A stretch of DNA of 59,482 nucleotides from Pseudomonadales bacterium (GCA_965659815.1 CBFHXO010000001.1:1-59482); one strand, 5' to 3'. Shown: positions 29,501 through 39,646, numbered from the stretch's first letter. Notes: generated by a model not told the origin, from the sequence alone. Numbers and translations: made by a program.

Positions 29501-32463
29501 GTATGCAACGCGCGCTCGACCGCCTCAGAGGGGTAGATATCGTTATTGGCAGCGTGATCACTGAGGTAGGTATTCACTACCATAAGCTGTTCTTCCAGCT
29601 CACTAATAAAGATTGCTTGTAGATAGTGATCATCTTCGACACTATCACCAAAGACTTCTCCTGCAGCCGACGCATCTACGCTATCTTCCGCACTATCCTC
29701 TGAACTATCCTCTGCACTATCCTCAGAACTATCCTCAGAACTATCCTCCGCAATACCTTCTGCGCTATTGTTCAACGCGTTATCGTCTGTGGAAAGTTGT
29801 TGCCCGGCGAGTGGCTGTTCTATTGAGAAAGGTTCTTCGTCGGCTGAGGATACTTTTTTGGCTGAGGGCTCCTCTACAGCTGAGGGCTCTTTTACAGCTG
29901 AAGGCTCTTCCAGGGCTAAAGGCTCTTTAAACTCAGGCGTTTCCACAACCACAGGAATTGCGGTATCAGTTAACGGCCCTGAAACAACCGGAATGTCATC
30001 TTCTACAGCGACTATACCAGTACTCTCAATTTCAGCAGATATAGAAATGGCTGGCTGACCAGCTTCAATATCAGCCAGCAAATCCAGGCTATTACCAATT
30101 TCTATTGTGGCACCTGAATCATTGGTTAACAGTTCTGCCCGCTGTATAAGCGATTGCATTGGTTGCACGTAAGGCACTAGGCGCTGCTCAAATGAAGCAA
30201 TGATATGCGGCATATACGCAACCGCCTCGTCAATCAGAGAAGCACGCAAAGTGTCAACCGGTACTGTGCCGTCAACCATGCAATTGAGCAGGTTTTCTAT
30301 TGCCCAGGCAACCTCTCCCACATGCTCAGCGCCCGCCATGCGACCACTACCTTTTAGCGTATGAAAACCACGACGAATCTCTGTCATAGTCTCATTGGCT
30401 TCTGGCTGTTGAAGCCATTCACTCATATCGGACTGGAGTGACTCTAAAACTTCCTGTGCTTCTTCTAAAAATATCTCAACAATTTCAACGTCAAATTCGC
30501 CTTCCAGAGCGGCTTGTTCTTCACCTCTGGTTTGCATAGCAACATTGGTATTTTCGTGCACATTTGCTGTGGTGTGGTCTGCAGCATCGACATTGCCTTC
30601 GTTACTAACAACAGGAATAAAAACAGTATTAGGATCTTGCTGCGGCTGGCCGGTTTGCGCAAGTGCATTGATAGCTCCCAATAACCATTGCTCAATCCGC
30701 TGTTGTTGATCGTATTTTGCCGCCTCAATATAACTTTCAATACAGACAAGCGCGTCAAGCAGCTGGTCGATATCGTCGGTGTTTTTACCTATACACACTA
30801 CTAGTTGTACATAGGCTTCAACGCTATTCACTGCGTCAACCAGGTGCGGGATGTCCATCATCCGCATGGCGCCACAAACCTGCTTTAACTCAGCAGTTAT
30901 TTCCGCCAATGGCTCAAAATCAAGAAACTGGCTATCGTCAAAGAAGTCAGTATTAGCATTGTTTCTGACGCTGATATTGCCGCGTACATGTGCAATACTG
31001 CTCTTTGCTTCTTGCAAAGCACTAATTTCACTTTCGCTGCGACTGCCACCAATATGCAACTGACGCAAACCGTTCTCAATCATATGCAGCGTATCAGCAA
31101 CTCGTTGTACGGTAGCCGCATTATCAACAGACTCAACGCACTCATGCATTGCCACTAAATCGGCAATCATATCGGTCATATGTTCTGCCCAACCATCAAA
31201 CTGCGCAAGCCGCATTGTATGTTGCAATGTCCTGGCCATGGCCGCCATATCAGGTAACGATACGCTATTCACTGATTCGCTATCGGAAACCAAGTGCACG
31301 CCGCCATCGGCAAAACGCTCCAGAGCAACCTTAAGCACGGCGATGTCACCGCTTAAACCATCAAAGACAATATCCATGGTATCGGCATCGGGTGTGCCCA
31401 GTCGCAGCATTTCCGAAGGGTGTTGCAACGATAATGCCTGTAGCAACCCAAAGCGTTGTTTAAATTCATATACTGACGCAAACTTGCTATCGCAAGTGGC
31501 TATACAGAACAGCAATTCCTTAATGGTATGTTCAGTATCAATATCAGCTTGGTTCAGTGACTGTTCAATTAAGTCAAAGCTGCGGACTAGCGAGTACTTA
31601 GCGCACAAGCTTAATCGACCACTGGAATGAATAGTCGCCACAAGCAATGTATTCATAGCGGTAAATATTGGCACCGCTTTAGGTTCGGTATTTTGGCCTA
31701 ACCATAGTATCTCACCTCCGGCAACAATGGCGGCAAGCTCATCGGTAACATCCGCTAAACGCGCTGTGAGGTTGCGATAATCATCGGGCTGAGTATCAAT
31801 ATCGCGAAGCAATTGCTGACCGCTTGTCAGTAATTGGGCAACACACGACTTATGATCCGGAGATAGCGAGCTAACCGCTGGGCTTGGATAGTTAAACACT
31901 GGAATTGAAAATAAGCATGCAGTGTATATCTCAACATCACCTGCCGCTTTACCGAGTGCTGAAGCATCTAACAATAAGGGTAAGTTGGCCGCGGCGCGAA
32001 CATCATTGATAACCGCAATAAGATTACCGCTTTGCTCGTGGCCACTAGAACGCACGCGAACCAAATAATTGGGCAGCTGGGTTAAACCACCAACCAGCGC
32101 CTGGTAAGCATCTTCGCTGCGGGTCACTCGTGCCTGCCCGGCTTCAGCTACCGGCCCCAACCCATGTGTTTGTTTAATTGCATTGATTAACGTTGTTAAC
32201 TGTTCAACCAATAGTCGTGCGGCTGGTAAGCCCACGCGCTCCAGTGAGGTGTACACCGATTCTAACAAGGCCTGGCATTCAACCAGCTTTTGCGTGTTGT
32301 AGTTGCCAGACAGGTAAGACTCCACCAGTCGACGCGTGGTGGCCAAGGTGTCATCCATACCTGGCGCAATCCAGTCCAGCGATCGGTGCTTGTGTGTCTT
32401 AAAGGTGGCGCCGCTCATAGCTCTATTACTCATTAAAAACCGACTGTTGCTGTTAATCATCAA
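26584..32463 (-). CDS. chpA: ChpA hybrid histidine kinase of the Pil-Chp chemosensory system
   Basis: 1959 aa. At least three canonical Hpt motifs (FHTLKGSGRMAG, LHTLAGGARIAG, LHTIKGGARMAG). HATPase boxes (LRNAIDHGIE, DDGRGID, GRGVGMDVV). A CheW-like domain and a C-terminal REC (VVDDS...LLDIEMPRMDG). Confidence 0.92.
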   Translation of the reverse strand: MMINSNSRFLMSNRAMSGATFKTHKHRSLDWIAPGMDDTLATTRRLVESYLSGNYNTQKLVECQALLESVYTSLERVGLPAARLLVEQLTTLINAIKQTHGLGPVAEAGQARVTRSEDAYQALVGGLTQLPNYLVRVRSSGHEQSGNLIAVINDVRAAANLPLLLDASALGKAAGDVEIYTACLFSIPVFNYPSPAVSSLSPDHKSCVAQLLTSGQQLLRDIDTQPDDYRNLTARLADVTDELAAIVAGGEILWLGQNTEPKAVPIFTAMNTLLVATIHSSGRLSLCAKYSLVRSFDLIEQSLNQADIDTEHTIKELLFCIATCDSKFASVYEFKQRFGLLQALSLQHPSEMLRLGTPDADTMDIVFDGLSGDIAVLKVALERFADGGVHLVSDSESVNSVSLPDMAAMARTLQHTMRLAQFDGWAEHMTDMIADLVAMHECVESVDNAATVQRVADTLHMIENGLRQLHIGGSRSESEISALQEAKSSIAHVRGNISVRNNANTDFFDDSQFLDFEPLAEITAELKQVCGAMRMMDIPHLVDAVNSVEAYVQLVVCIGKNTDDIDQLLDALVCIESYIEAAKYDQQQRIEQWLLGAINALAQTGQPQQDPNTVFIPVVSNEGNVDAADHTTANVHENTNVAMQTRGEEQAALEGEFDVEIVEIFLEEAQEVLESLQSDMSEWLQQPEANETMTEIRRGFHTLKGSGRMAGAEHVGEVAWAIENLLNCMVDGTVPVDTLRASLIDEAVAYMPHIIASFEQRLVPYVQPMQSLIQRAELLTNDSGATIEIGNSLDLLADIEAGQPAISISAEIESTGIVAVEDDIPVVSGPLTDTAIPVVVETPEFKEPLALEEPSAVKEPSAVEEPSAKKVSSADEEPFSIEQPLAGQQLSTDDNALNNSAEGIAEDSSEDSSEDSAEDSSEDSAEDSVDASAAGEVFGDSVEDDHYLQAIFISELEEQLMVVNTYLSDHAANNDIYPSEAVERALHTLAGGARIAGNQLIADLFAPAEILVSLIRKRCRISDGEHSLLANIYDWTQAQLTAGTLASVSAGDQQRADLFMDELNQAIAAGLDTHTGEQSLLVENDIIFSAGEFLQSWRVHGSAPDSYESMLLVLDQLQQAATDGHQSAIQQQCQALYDAYQCFVQTGLHYRPYTILLQAHNELENMLDRMAAGQLVEPSASLATLHDAIETEQQLLGQIEKTSSTTTDTVTRDTGGLNGVDREIVAIFLDESDDLIEDVEAGVQQWLNNRDDQSYLERLLRPLHTIKGGARMAGLAQVGDLSHEFETLLLSASNGDTKTDARFFKRASKFVTDLVASVSSIRHSLNAGDEETTVQDSDAPVNEEEKRDEVIRVSSSLLENLVNLAGETSISRSLVEEQVSDFSLSIDEIDATIERLKEQLRRLEIEMEAQIEFRKEQVESEGHEEFDPLEMDRYSQVQQLSKSLVESASDLKDLKTTLNEKTRDMETLLLQQSRINTSLQEGLMRTRTVPLSRYIIPRLRRIVRQVSGELDKPVTFDVNNAGGELDRSMIERMVAPLEHVLRNAIDHGIENDKERQQQGKPELGVIRLDIRREGGDVVLELSDDGRGIDVAAVRKKAIANELMSKDDDLSDEDVMKFIFAAGFSTAKELTQISGRGVGMDVVQSEMTALGGSVEVISRAQQGTMFIFRLPFTVSMNRALLVSAGGETLAVPLDSIEGIVRVSPFELEEYYGENAAKFFYAGQQYEFDYLGSLLNGSQYQASPEMLAALPVLLVRGGDKFVALQVDRLLGSREIVVKSLGKQFANLEGIAGATVLGDGSVVMIADLVALVRSEHARSETSDVVSLDKKRDNLLAMVVDDSVTVRKVTTRLLERRGMDVVTAKDGLDAILQLDDVKPDFILLDIEMPRMDGFEVVARIKNDPKLADIPIIMITSRTGDKHRERALGLGANGYLGKPYQEAVLFEAINKVMPQTLVDEQFGT
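29681..29752. repeat. 6 x 12-bp in-frame tandem repeat inside chpA (encodes [S/A]EDS acidic repeats)
   Basis: Units ctatcNtcNgNa read directly. Protein: EDSSEDSSEDSAEDSSEDSAEDS. Confidence 0.9.
29843..29932. repeat. 5 x 18-bp in-frame tandem repeat inside chpA (hexapeptide [K/E]EPSA[V/L] repeats)
   Basis: Units gctgagggctcctctaca / gctgagggctcttttaca and similar, read directly. Protein: FKEPLALEEPSAVKEPSAVEEPSAKKVSSA. Confidence 0.85.
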
Positions 32464-32527
32464 AGCTGTGTCTAGTGACTTTAATTTATTGTCGTTTAAG
32501 ACAGCTATAACTCAAGCGTTACAACAC

Positions 32528-34603
32528 TTAGCATTTCGACACACATTTATTATCATCAGCATTTAGTACTGGCGTTTGTAACGAACCGGGCAATTTAAAA
32601 CCGGCAACCGAGCTTCTCAGTTCTACCGTCATTTTCGATAGGTTACCTACCTTGTCAGCTGCATCCGTTGTACCTTGCGCAGTTTGTGAGGTGATATCTT
32701 TTACGGTATTCATGGTTAACGAGATATTACCGGCCGTATCTGCCTGCGCTCTCGCCGAAAAGGAGATACTTTCGATCAATTCCGATAGGTTTTGCGATAC
32801 CTTTTCAATTTCTTCCAGCGCCACACCGGCATCGTGCGCAAGCCCTGCACCATTAACCACCTCAGCTGTGGTTTGCTCCATTGAGGCCGCCGCTTCATTG
32901 GTGTCGGACTGAATCGTTTTAACCAGCGCTTCGATCTGCTTGGTTGCCGCCGATGAACGCTCAGCAAGACGCTGTACTTCATCCGCAACAACCGCAAAAC
33001 CGCGACCGGCTTCACCGGCCATCGATGCTTGAATAGATGCGTTAAGTGCAAGGATATTGGTTTGGTCTGCGATGTCATTAATCAGCGATACGATATCACC
33101 AATTTCCTGCGAGCTTTCACCCAGACGTTTAATACGCTTGGAGGTATCCTGGATTTGTTCGCGAATAGTGTCCATACCGTGAATGGTGTTTTGCACAACC
33201 TGGGCGCCCGATTTTGCAATTTGCACCGAGCTCTTGGCTACCGTGGCAGACTCAGACGCATCGGTGGACATCTGGTCCATGGTGCCGGCCATTTCCTTAA
33301 CCGCACCCGAGGCAGAGGCAATTTCATTCGCCTGCGACTCCGACGCTTCAGCCAGTGTAAGTGCTTTGGTTTGGGTATCTTTCGCCGCGGAGTCGACCAT
33401 CACCGTAGTATCGTTAATCGACGAGATAATTTCCCGCAACTGCTCAATGGTATAGTTAATAGAATCAGCAATCGCACCGGTAAATTCTTCTGATACCGTC
33501 GCCTCAGCGGTTAGGTCACCATCGGCCAGGTTGCCAATTTCATTGAGCAGGCGTTCGATTGCTACCTGGTTTCGCTCGTTCGCTTCTTTCTCCTCTGCCA
33601 GGCGCGATACGGTATTACGATATAGCTGCACACCGATGACAGCAAGGATAATCAGAATTAATGCACCACTAATAAATGCAGTGTCGGAGCCAATGGTTCG
33701 CCGATTACTCAGATCACGCAAGCCCTCGGCCACCAGGTTGGTTTGGCCGAGAATTTTTGGCGAATCATTTAAAATACCATCGGCCGCATTACGTGCACTT
33801 AACAGGTCAGGTGAGGCTTTAAAAATATCGTCAACGGAACCCGAAACAAAATTAAATAACTTATCAATACGCTGTAGCGAGGCTCGCGCTTTTTGATCAG
33901 TCACTCGATCGAGGCCCAGCTTTTTATCACCGCGGAGCATGCCATTTAGCACGCCACCAAAAATACTGGCATCGAGGTTGAACTGGTCTGCCGCCTGGCT
34001 GGTTGCCTCACCACCGCTTAGCATTTTGTCAACATTACGCGCAATGCGCTCAGCCAGTAACAATTGTTTTTGTGCATAAACAATTTGTTCATTCGACGCA
34101 CGGCTATCTAACAAAACCTCAACAACAAAGTTATATTCACGCTGCAGCTCAGGAATCGACTCGTTGAGGGTTTTAGCGACATCATGCAAAAAAAGTATGC
34201 GGTCGCGGTTAGCAACAATTGTTTCCGCATTGGTTTTTACCGGCGCCCACACGCCGCCTAGCTCTTGTAACTCGTTCGACATCATCACACCGACACCGGG
34301 TAGCTCTCCATCGCCAGTTAACAGTGTTTGATAAGTTTGGTCGAAGCGGTCGGACGCTTTCTTAAGCGCCACAAACGCCGACGGCTTGCCATCAGTTGCT
34401 TCACGCGAGCTGGTTGAGATTTGATGCAACAGCACCCGCATATCTCCAGACAGCTCCAAATATTTGGCATCTCGGTCTGCATCGCGCAAGAAGATAAAAG
34501 TACTGAGCATAAAGAAAACCGTCGCACATATCAGCAGACCTATGGAAAAAGTAAAGGCCTTGCGTGAATGACCACTGTTTTTAATTGGAGTGATGTTTTC
34601 CAT
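32528..34603 (-). CDS. pilJ: PilJ methyl-accepting chemotaxis-type receptor
   Basis: Two TM segments and a large periplasmic domain. Conserved MCP hairpin [40 protein letters not shown]. Confidence 0.9.
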   Translation of the reverse strand: MENITPIKNSGHSRKAFTFSIGLLICATVFFMLSTFIFLRDADRDAKYLELSGDMRVLLHQISTSSREATDGKPSAFVALKKASDRFDQTYQTLLTGDGELPGVGVMMSNELQELGGVWAPVKTNAETIVANRDRILFLHDVAKTLNESIPELQREYNFVVEVLLDSRASNEQIVYAQKQLLLAERIARNVDKMLSGGEATSQAADQFNLDASIFGGVLNGMLRGDKKLGLDRVTDQKARASLQRIDKLFNFVSGSVDDIFKASPDLLSARNAADGILNDSPKILGQTNLVAEGLRDLSNRRTIGSDTAFISGALILIILAVIGVQLYRNTVSRLAEEKEANERNQVAIERLLNEIGNLADGDLTAEATVSEEFTGAIADSINYTIEQLREIISSINDTTVMVDSAAKDTQTKALTLAEASESQANEIASASGAVKEMAGTMDQMSTDASESATVAKSSVQIAKSGAQVVQNTIHGMDTIREQIQDTSKRIKRLGESSQEIGDIVSLINDIADQTNILALNASIQASMAGEAGRGFAVVADEVQRLAERSSAATKQIEALVKTIQSDTNEAAASMEQTTAEVVNGAGLAHDAGVALEEIEKVSQNLSELIESISFSARAQADTAGNISLTMNTVKDITSQTAQGTTDAADKVGNLSKMTVELRSSVAGFKLPGSLQTPVLNADDNKCVSKC

Positions 34604-34718
34604 CCTCTTGGCTCCGGCTTGATGTAATTAAATAAATGATTGGCGTATTGCCACCCAACCGATCGGGCTGCGGTAGCGATAAGTATTGAAAAAGTATGGC
34701 AGAAGATTATTTTTTTGC

Positions 34719-35327
34719 TTACGCAGCAGAGACGTTTTTTAACGAGGATGTGGACTGGTTGGCTGACAAATCAGTTGATTGATTATTGGCCTGAATGGAT
34801 ACATCCATAAAATCAGTTTCACGTACCAGCCTATGCGCCTGAAATCTCAGCCAATCGGCTTGGCCGTCATGACCATAAGCGTCAATACAACCGGCAAATA
34901 AATCACCATCGCCTTGATAATTGTTAAAACTGTCTTTAGGAAAGTGTTTTAAGCCAAATACGTTGCTAACCACGATGCCAGCATAAATGCCGTCAACCTC
35001 AATAATAAGTACACGGTGACGATTGCGATTGCCTGCCAACTTGGAACCAAAGTAATTTTCCAAATCGTAAATCGGCAACAAGCGGCCACGAACATTGGCA
35101 ATACCCATAACCCAAGCTTTAACGCGTGGCACAAAGGTGTAATTGGGCACATTGATAATCTCAACAACCTCACCCATAGGTGCAACCATTTGCTGGCCAC
35201 ACAGTGAAAAGCCGATACCGCTCCAAGCATTTTGCAAATCATTATTTGCAGGTCGGTTAATAATGGCCCTCATACTCGACTGAGCAATTTCACGCAGTAG
35301 CTGTATTGGTTGTTGCTCAAACTTCAT
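34719..35327 (-). CDS. pilI: PilI CheW-like protein
   Basis: CheW-like domain. Start moved to MKFEQ (AGGAAG SD 9 nt upstream) from the ORF-track start at 35363. Confidence 0.8.
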   Translation of the reverse strand: MKFEQQPIQLLREIAQSSMRAIINRPANNDLQNAWSGIGFSLCGQQMVAPMGEVVEIINVPNYTFVPRVKAWVMGIANVRGRLLPIYDLENYFGSKLAGNRNRHRVLIIEVDGIYAGIVVSNVFGLKHFPKDSFNNYQGDGDLFAGCIDAYGHDGQADWLRFQAHRLVRETDFMDVSIQANNQSTDLSANQSTSSLKNVSAA

Positions 35328-35387
35328 GGGTGATAACTTCCTGGCTATTTCTAAGCTGACCATCTGCAGACGAACAAGCGCAAAGTT

Positions 35388-35756
35388 TTATGACGCACTT
35401 AAAACGGTTGTAATCGTATCGATTAAATCTTTTTCGGGAACCGGCTTCACCAGGTAACCGCGTGCGCCTTGCTTGCGCGACCACTCCCGATCCGACTGCT
35501 GGTTTTTGGTGGTTACCATAATGACCGGAATCTCAGAGGTCTTAGGGTTTTTAGTTAATTGTCTCGTCGCCTGAAAACCATTGATACCAGGCATCACAAT
35601 ATCCATTAACACTAAATCTGGGACTTGCTCACGCGCCATTTCGACGGCAGCTTCACCCGACTCCGCGGCAACCACTTCATAGCCGTGCTTATTTAATATA
35701 TTCGATATTTGATATGCTTCTGTAGGCGAATCATCAACCACCAGTACTCGCTTCAT
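35388..35756 (-). CDS. pilH: PilH CheY-like response regulator
   Basis: MKRVLVVDDSPTE...LMDIVMPGINGF...K. GGAG SD lies 6 nt upstream of the second ATG. About 122 aa. Confidence 0.9.
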   Translation of the reverse strand: MKRVLVVDDSPTEAYQISNILNKHGYEVVAAESGEAAVEMAREQVPDLVLMDIVMPGINGFQATRQLTKNPKTSEIPVIMVTTKNQQSDREWSRKQGARGYLVKPVPEKDLIDTITTVLSAS

Positions 35757-35870
35757 ATCTTTCTCCATTCAACCCGTGGAATAACAGCACGGGGGTGTTG
35801 CCAGAATAAGTTTTTCGCAATAGTGTCGCGCAAGCAATTATGCTACAACAACATTCACGCTTAAAAATTG

Positions 35871-36290
35871 TTACGATGCCTGTACCGAGATTGACTCCGC
35901 ACCCTGGTCACTCTCACAGTGATTTTGAATGGCTTCTAACAATTCAACTTTACTAAACGGTTTGGTAACGTATTGATCGGAACCCACAATACGGCCCTTC
36001 GCCTTATCAAATAAGCCATCCTTACTCGAGAGCATAATGACCGGCGTCGATTTAAATTGCGCATTGTTTTTGATTAATGCACAGGTTTGATAACCATCGA
36101 GTCGCGGCATCATAATATCGACAAAAATAATATTGGGTTTTTGGTCGGCGATTTTCGCCAGCGCTTCAAAACCATCCTCTGCGGTAATGACATTGAAGCC
36201 TTCTCTTTGCAACAAAGTCTCTGCCGTTCGACGAATAGTCTTGCTATCATCAACGACCATTATTTTTAAGTTTGCATTTTGCGAATCCAT
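35871..36290 (-). CDS. pilG: PilG CheY-like response regulator
   Basis: KIMVVDDSKTIRR...FVDIMMPRLDGY...K. 139 aa. Divergent from gshB, as in P. aeruginosa. Confidence 0.9.
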   Translation of the reverse strand: MDSQNANLKIMVVDDSKTIRRTAETLLQREGFNVITAEDGFEALAKIADQKPNIIFVDIMMPRLDGYQTCALIKNNAQFKSTPVIMLSSKDGLFDKAKGRIVGSDQYVTKPFSKVELLEAIQNHCESDQGAESISVQAS

Positions 36291-36508
36291 AACGATTCGG
36301 CCTCCGGGTTACTGCCTATGGTTTAAAATGGGCTTTTTGATCGATCCGGCTCAATCTTTAAACCCCCCCAGGGGCACGAAGAGCCAGAACCAAAAAAACT
36401 GTTCACTTTTAAAGCTATAGACCAAAGTGATTAATAAATAAAGCTACTGGCACCAAATCAAGTGCTTTGCAGACCAACAAACAACAAAAGCTAGAGGCAG
36501 ATAACATT

Positions 36509-37465
36509 ATGGCGATATCTTTGGGTGTAGTGATGGACCCGATTGAAGCGATCAATCCTAAAAAGGATAGCTCATTGGCCATGCTGCTGGCAGCCCAAAA
36601 ACGGGGCTGGACGCTGTACTACTTTACGCAGGAAAACCTCCTAATAGACAATGGCATAGCGTATGGCTACGGTCAGCAAATCAGCGTTGCAAACAATCTT
36701 GACCAATGGTATTCAGCCAGTGAGCCGCAGCTGCTGCCGCTGGGTGACCTGGATGTTATTTTGATGCGCAAAGACCCGCCGTTTGATAGCCAGTTTCTCT
36801 ACACCACATTTCTGCTCGAATCGGCTCAGCGCCAGGGTGTGCTGGTGGTGAACAACCCGCAAAGCCTGCGCGACTGCAACGAAAAGGTTTTTGCCACTGA
36901 GTTTCCTCAATGCTGCCCACCGGTGCTGATTAGCGCCAACAGCAGCCGCATTCGCCAGTTTCATAACGAGCATGGCGATATTATTTTAAAACCGTTAGAC
37001 GGCATGGGTGGTGCATCGATATTTCGCGTTAAAGCCGATGACCCCAACTTGAGTGTGATTATCGAAACACTGACCGATCATCAGCGCCATAGCATTATGG
37101 CGCAGCGCTATATCCCCGAAATCACCGAGGGCGATAAACGCATTTTACTGATTGATGGCAAACCCATACCCTTTGCGCTGGCACGCATTCCCGCCTCGGG
37201 TGAAACACGCGGCAACCTGGCTGCAGGCGGTCGCGGTGAAGCCCGGGCACTGAGCGACCGCGACCGCTGGATTTGCGAACAAGTTGCACCCGCACTCCGC
37301 GAAAAGGGTTTACTCTTTGTAGGTATCGATGTGATTGGTGACTACCTGACGGAAATTAATGTCACCAGCCCGACTTGTATCCGCGAGCTCGACCAGCAAT
37401 GCAACCTGGATATTGCCGGTGAACTGATGACCACGATAGAAGCTAGATTGCAAAAACACGCATGA
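36509..37465 (+). CDS. gshB: glutathione synthetase
   Basis: MAISLGVVMDPIEAINPKKDSSLAMLLAAQKRGW is collinear with E. coli GshB. The ORF-track TTG start at 36467 is unlikely. Confidence 0.93.
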   Translation: MAISLGVVMDPIEAINPKKDSSLAMLLAAQKRGWTLYYFTQENLLIDNGIAYGYGQQISVANNLDQWYSASEPQLLPLGDLDVILMRKDPPFDSQFLYTTFLLESAQRQGVLVVNNPQSLRDCNEKVFATEFPQCCPPVLISANSSRIRQFHNEHGDIILKPLDGMGGASIFRVKADDPNLSVIIETLTDHQRHSIMAQRYIPEITEGDKRILLIDGKPIPFALARIPASGETRGNLAAGGRGEARALSDRDRWICEQVAPALREKGLLFVGIDVIGDYLTEINVTSPTCIRELDQQCNLDIAGELMTTIEARLQKHA

Positions 37466-38343
37466 GTTATAACCCCGGCCAAAATCATCCCATCAGCTAT
37501 GCCATTGCTATTGCACTAGTCGTGCATGGTTTTGTACTGTTTTTTGTTGCCTTTGCTAGTACCAGCAGTGCCACCAACCCCTCGCAAATGGAAGTCACTA
37601 TCTCCCACTCTAATAGTGAGGAAAAACCAGATGAGGCCGACTTTCTTGCCCAGAACAACCAGCTGGGCAGCGGTGATAGCGAAGAGCAAAAAGAATTAAC
37701 CACTAAATACGAAGCGCTATTTGCCGATTCGAAAATCAATGATGTACAACCCATTGTGATACCGGAGCATCAGCAAAGTGAACGGGCGGTTGTTGACCCG
37801 CGCATTATCACCACCATTGGCGAAGCGCAGCGTAGTATTATGGTGATTGAGCCACCGTTAGATGCCGATGAATTTGAGCAAGAGGGTGACGTCCCTGAGA
37901 GAAACCTCACCGAGCTTAGCCGGGAAATTGCCAGCCTGGAGGCCCGACTGGCAGATAAACAGCAGCAACTGACAAAAAATCCACGCGTGCTGATTTTAAC
38001 TTCGACCTCAAGCATTGCGGCGGAAAATGCCCGCTATGTGCACCAATGGCGCGACCGCGTTGAAAGTGTTGGCAACCTGCACTACCCCAAAGAGGCCCGC
38101 GAGCGTGAGCTATATGGCGATGTTCGCTTACTGGTCAAACTTAATGCCAGAGGGTTTGTTGAGGAAACCACAATTATGTCTTCATCAGGATCAGAAGTAC
38201 TCGATCGCGCTGCCATTGAAAGTATTCGGCTGGCATCACCTTTTGAACCTTTTCCCAGGACAATGGCAGAAAAATACGACCGCATTGATGTGATTCGCAC
38301 CTGGCAGTTTAGAAAAGACCGCTTATCGGCGAAGTCGGGCTAA
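37462..38343 (+). CDS. TonB-family energy transducer (TonB3-like)
   Basis: N-terminal TM (IAIALVVHGFVLFFVAF), acidic linker and a TonB C-terminal domain (YPKEARERELYGDVRLLVKLNARGFV...LDRAAIESIRLASPFEPFP). The start overlaps the gshB stop (ATGA). Confidence 0.8.
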   Translation: MSYNPGQNHPISYAIAIALVVHGFVLFFVAFASTSSATNPSQMEVTISHSNSEEKPDEADFLAQNNQLGSGDSEEQKELTTKYEALFADSKINDVQPIVIPEHQQSERAVVDPRIITTIGEAQRSIMVIEPPLDADEFEQEGDVPERNLTELSREIASLEARLADKQQQLTKNPRVLILTSTSSIAAENARYVHQWRDRVESVGNLHYPKEARERELYGDVRLLVKLNARGFVEETTIMSSSGSEVLDRAAIESIRLASPFEPFPRTMAEKYDRIDVIRTWQFRKDRLSAKSG

Positions 38344-38380
38344 AAAGGGATAAGACGGGCTATGCTACGACAAGACGTGA

Positions 38381-38587
38381 CTATTCGTTTTCGTGAAACA
38401 CACTCACCTCAGTAGAACCGTCAAAGGTGCTGAGCAATTGAATTTTAATGGGACGACAGCAAACCTGGCAGTCTTCGATATATTCAATCGCATCTTCAAT
38501 GGCATCCTGCTCGGGAAGCTCTATCAATATATCAATTGATTCGCCGCAGTAAGGACAGGAAATTCTCCGCTCATCAAGTCCGCTCAT
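38381..38587 (-). CDS. CPXCG-motif cysteine-rich small protein
   Basis: CPYCGE...CQVCCRPI four-Cys zinc-ribbon-like pattern. 68 aa. Confidence 0.7.
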   Translation of the reverse strand: MSGLDERRISCPYCGESIDILIELPEQDAIEDAIEYIEDCQVCCRPIKIQLLSTFDGSTEVSVFHENE

Positions 38588-38614
38588 TAAGTAATACCAT
38601 TAGTTGTATCCAGG

Positions 38615-39604
38615 CTAGCCAGAGAATGCGAAGTGCCGTAACAACCAGTCGTCAGCAAAACTATTAAAGCGCCAGTCTTTTATAAAACCACAATGCCCAC
38701 CACCTGAGGTGACCTGCACATTAATATGTCCAGGCTTGTCGAGCACATCAAACCAGCGCGTTTGTACAATAGGGTCGTCATCAGCAACCAGGATATGCAT
38801 ATCTGTGGTAATTGCCATTAAGGTTTCTTCGCGCACGGCATAGGCGTCGAGATATTCTTCTGGCTTGCTGTAGGGTGTATGGTTAGGCACAAAATAACTG
38901 TTCAGCTGGCTCAACCGTTTTGAGGTATGCAAAACCTCAGCGTAATCGTAGTCAGTAAATAGCTCGAGCTTTTTAGCTAAGGATTTTTTCCAGCGGCGCA
39001 TAAAATAAAAATGGTAAATCCAAAGACCATTTTCAATATCATCGGTAGTATCGCGAGGGCTGATAAGCGGGCATATTGCCGCCGCTTTATCCAGCTGCAA
39101 GCCCGCTTGTTCAGCCCGGCTGGCGACGCGCAATGAAAAATTACCGCCAAGACTGAAACCCGCCAAACAAACCTGCTTATGCGGAAATTGTTGCTGTATT
39201 GCACGAACCGCCTCTACGACCTCCGTAATTCGGGTAGAGTTAAACAGGGCTTTATTTAAATGATGGCTATCACCATGATCACGAAAATTAAGTCTAAATA
39301 CACTGTGGCCTTGCCCATACAAGCTAGCCGCCGAAGACAGCAAGTAGCTTGAGGTGATACAGCCCTCCCAACCATGCAGCAAGATAACCAGACTATTATT
39401 ATTGCCTTGCTTTGACGGCGTGTACGCACCAGATAAACGAACACCATCCTGGCAGTTAAGAATATGATCACTGGCCGCATCCAGCATTGCCTTTGCGCGC
39501 GCGCGCACAAACAGGCGCCGCGGGCCCAGGCTCGCCAACATCGTTTGTGCATGGTGATGAGATAATAGCGGTGCAGGCGAAAATGACGGTAAGGTATTTT
39601 GCAT
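38615..39604 (-). CDS. alpha/beta hydrolase (YheT-like)
   Basis: HGWEG and the nucleophile elbow GFSLGGN. 329 aa. Confidence 0.8.
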   Translation of the reverse strand: MQNTLPSFSPAPLLSHHHAQTMLASLGPRRLFVRARAKAMLDAASDHILNCQDGVRLSGAYTPSKQGNNNSLVILLHGWEGCITSSYLLSSAASLYGQGHSVFRLNFRDHGDSHHLNKALFNSTRITEVVEAVRAIQQQFPHKQVCLAGFSLGGNFSLRVASRAEQAGLQLDKAAAICPLISPRDTTDDIENGLWIYHFYFMRRWKKSLAKKLELFTDYDYAEVLHTSKRLSQLNSYFVPNHTPYSKPEEYLDAYAVREETLMAITTDMHILVADDDPIVQTRWFDVLDKPGHINVQVTSGGGHCGFIKDWRFNSFADDWLLRHFAFSG

Positions 39605-39646
39605 GGTTTGAATTATTGTCTGTTAGAAATCGTTGCCAAGCGTCGC

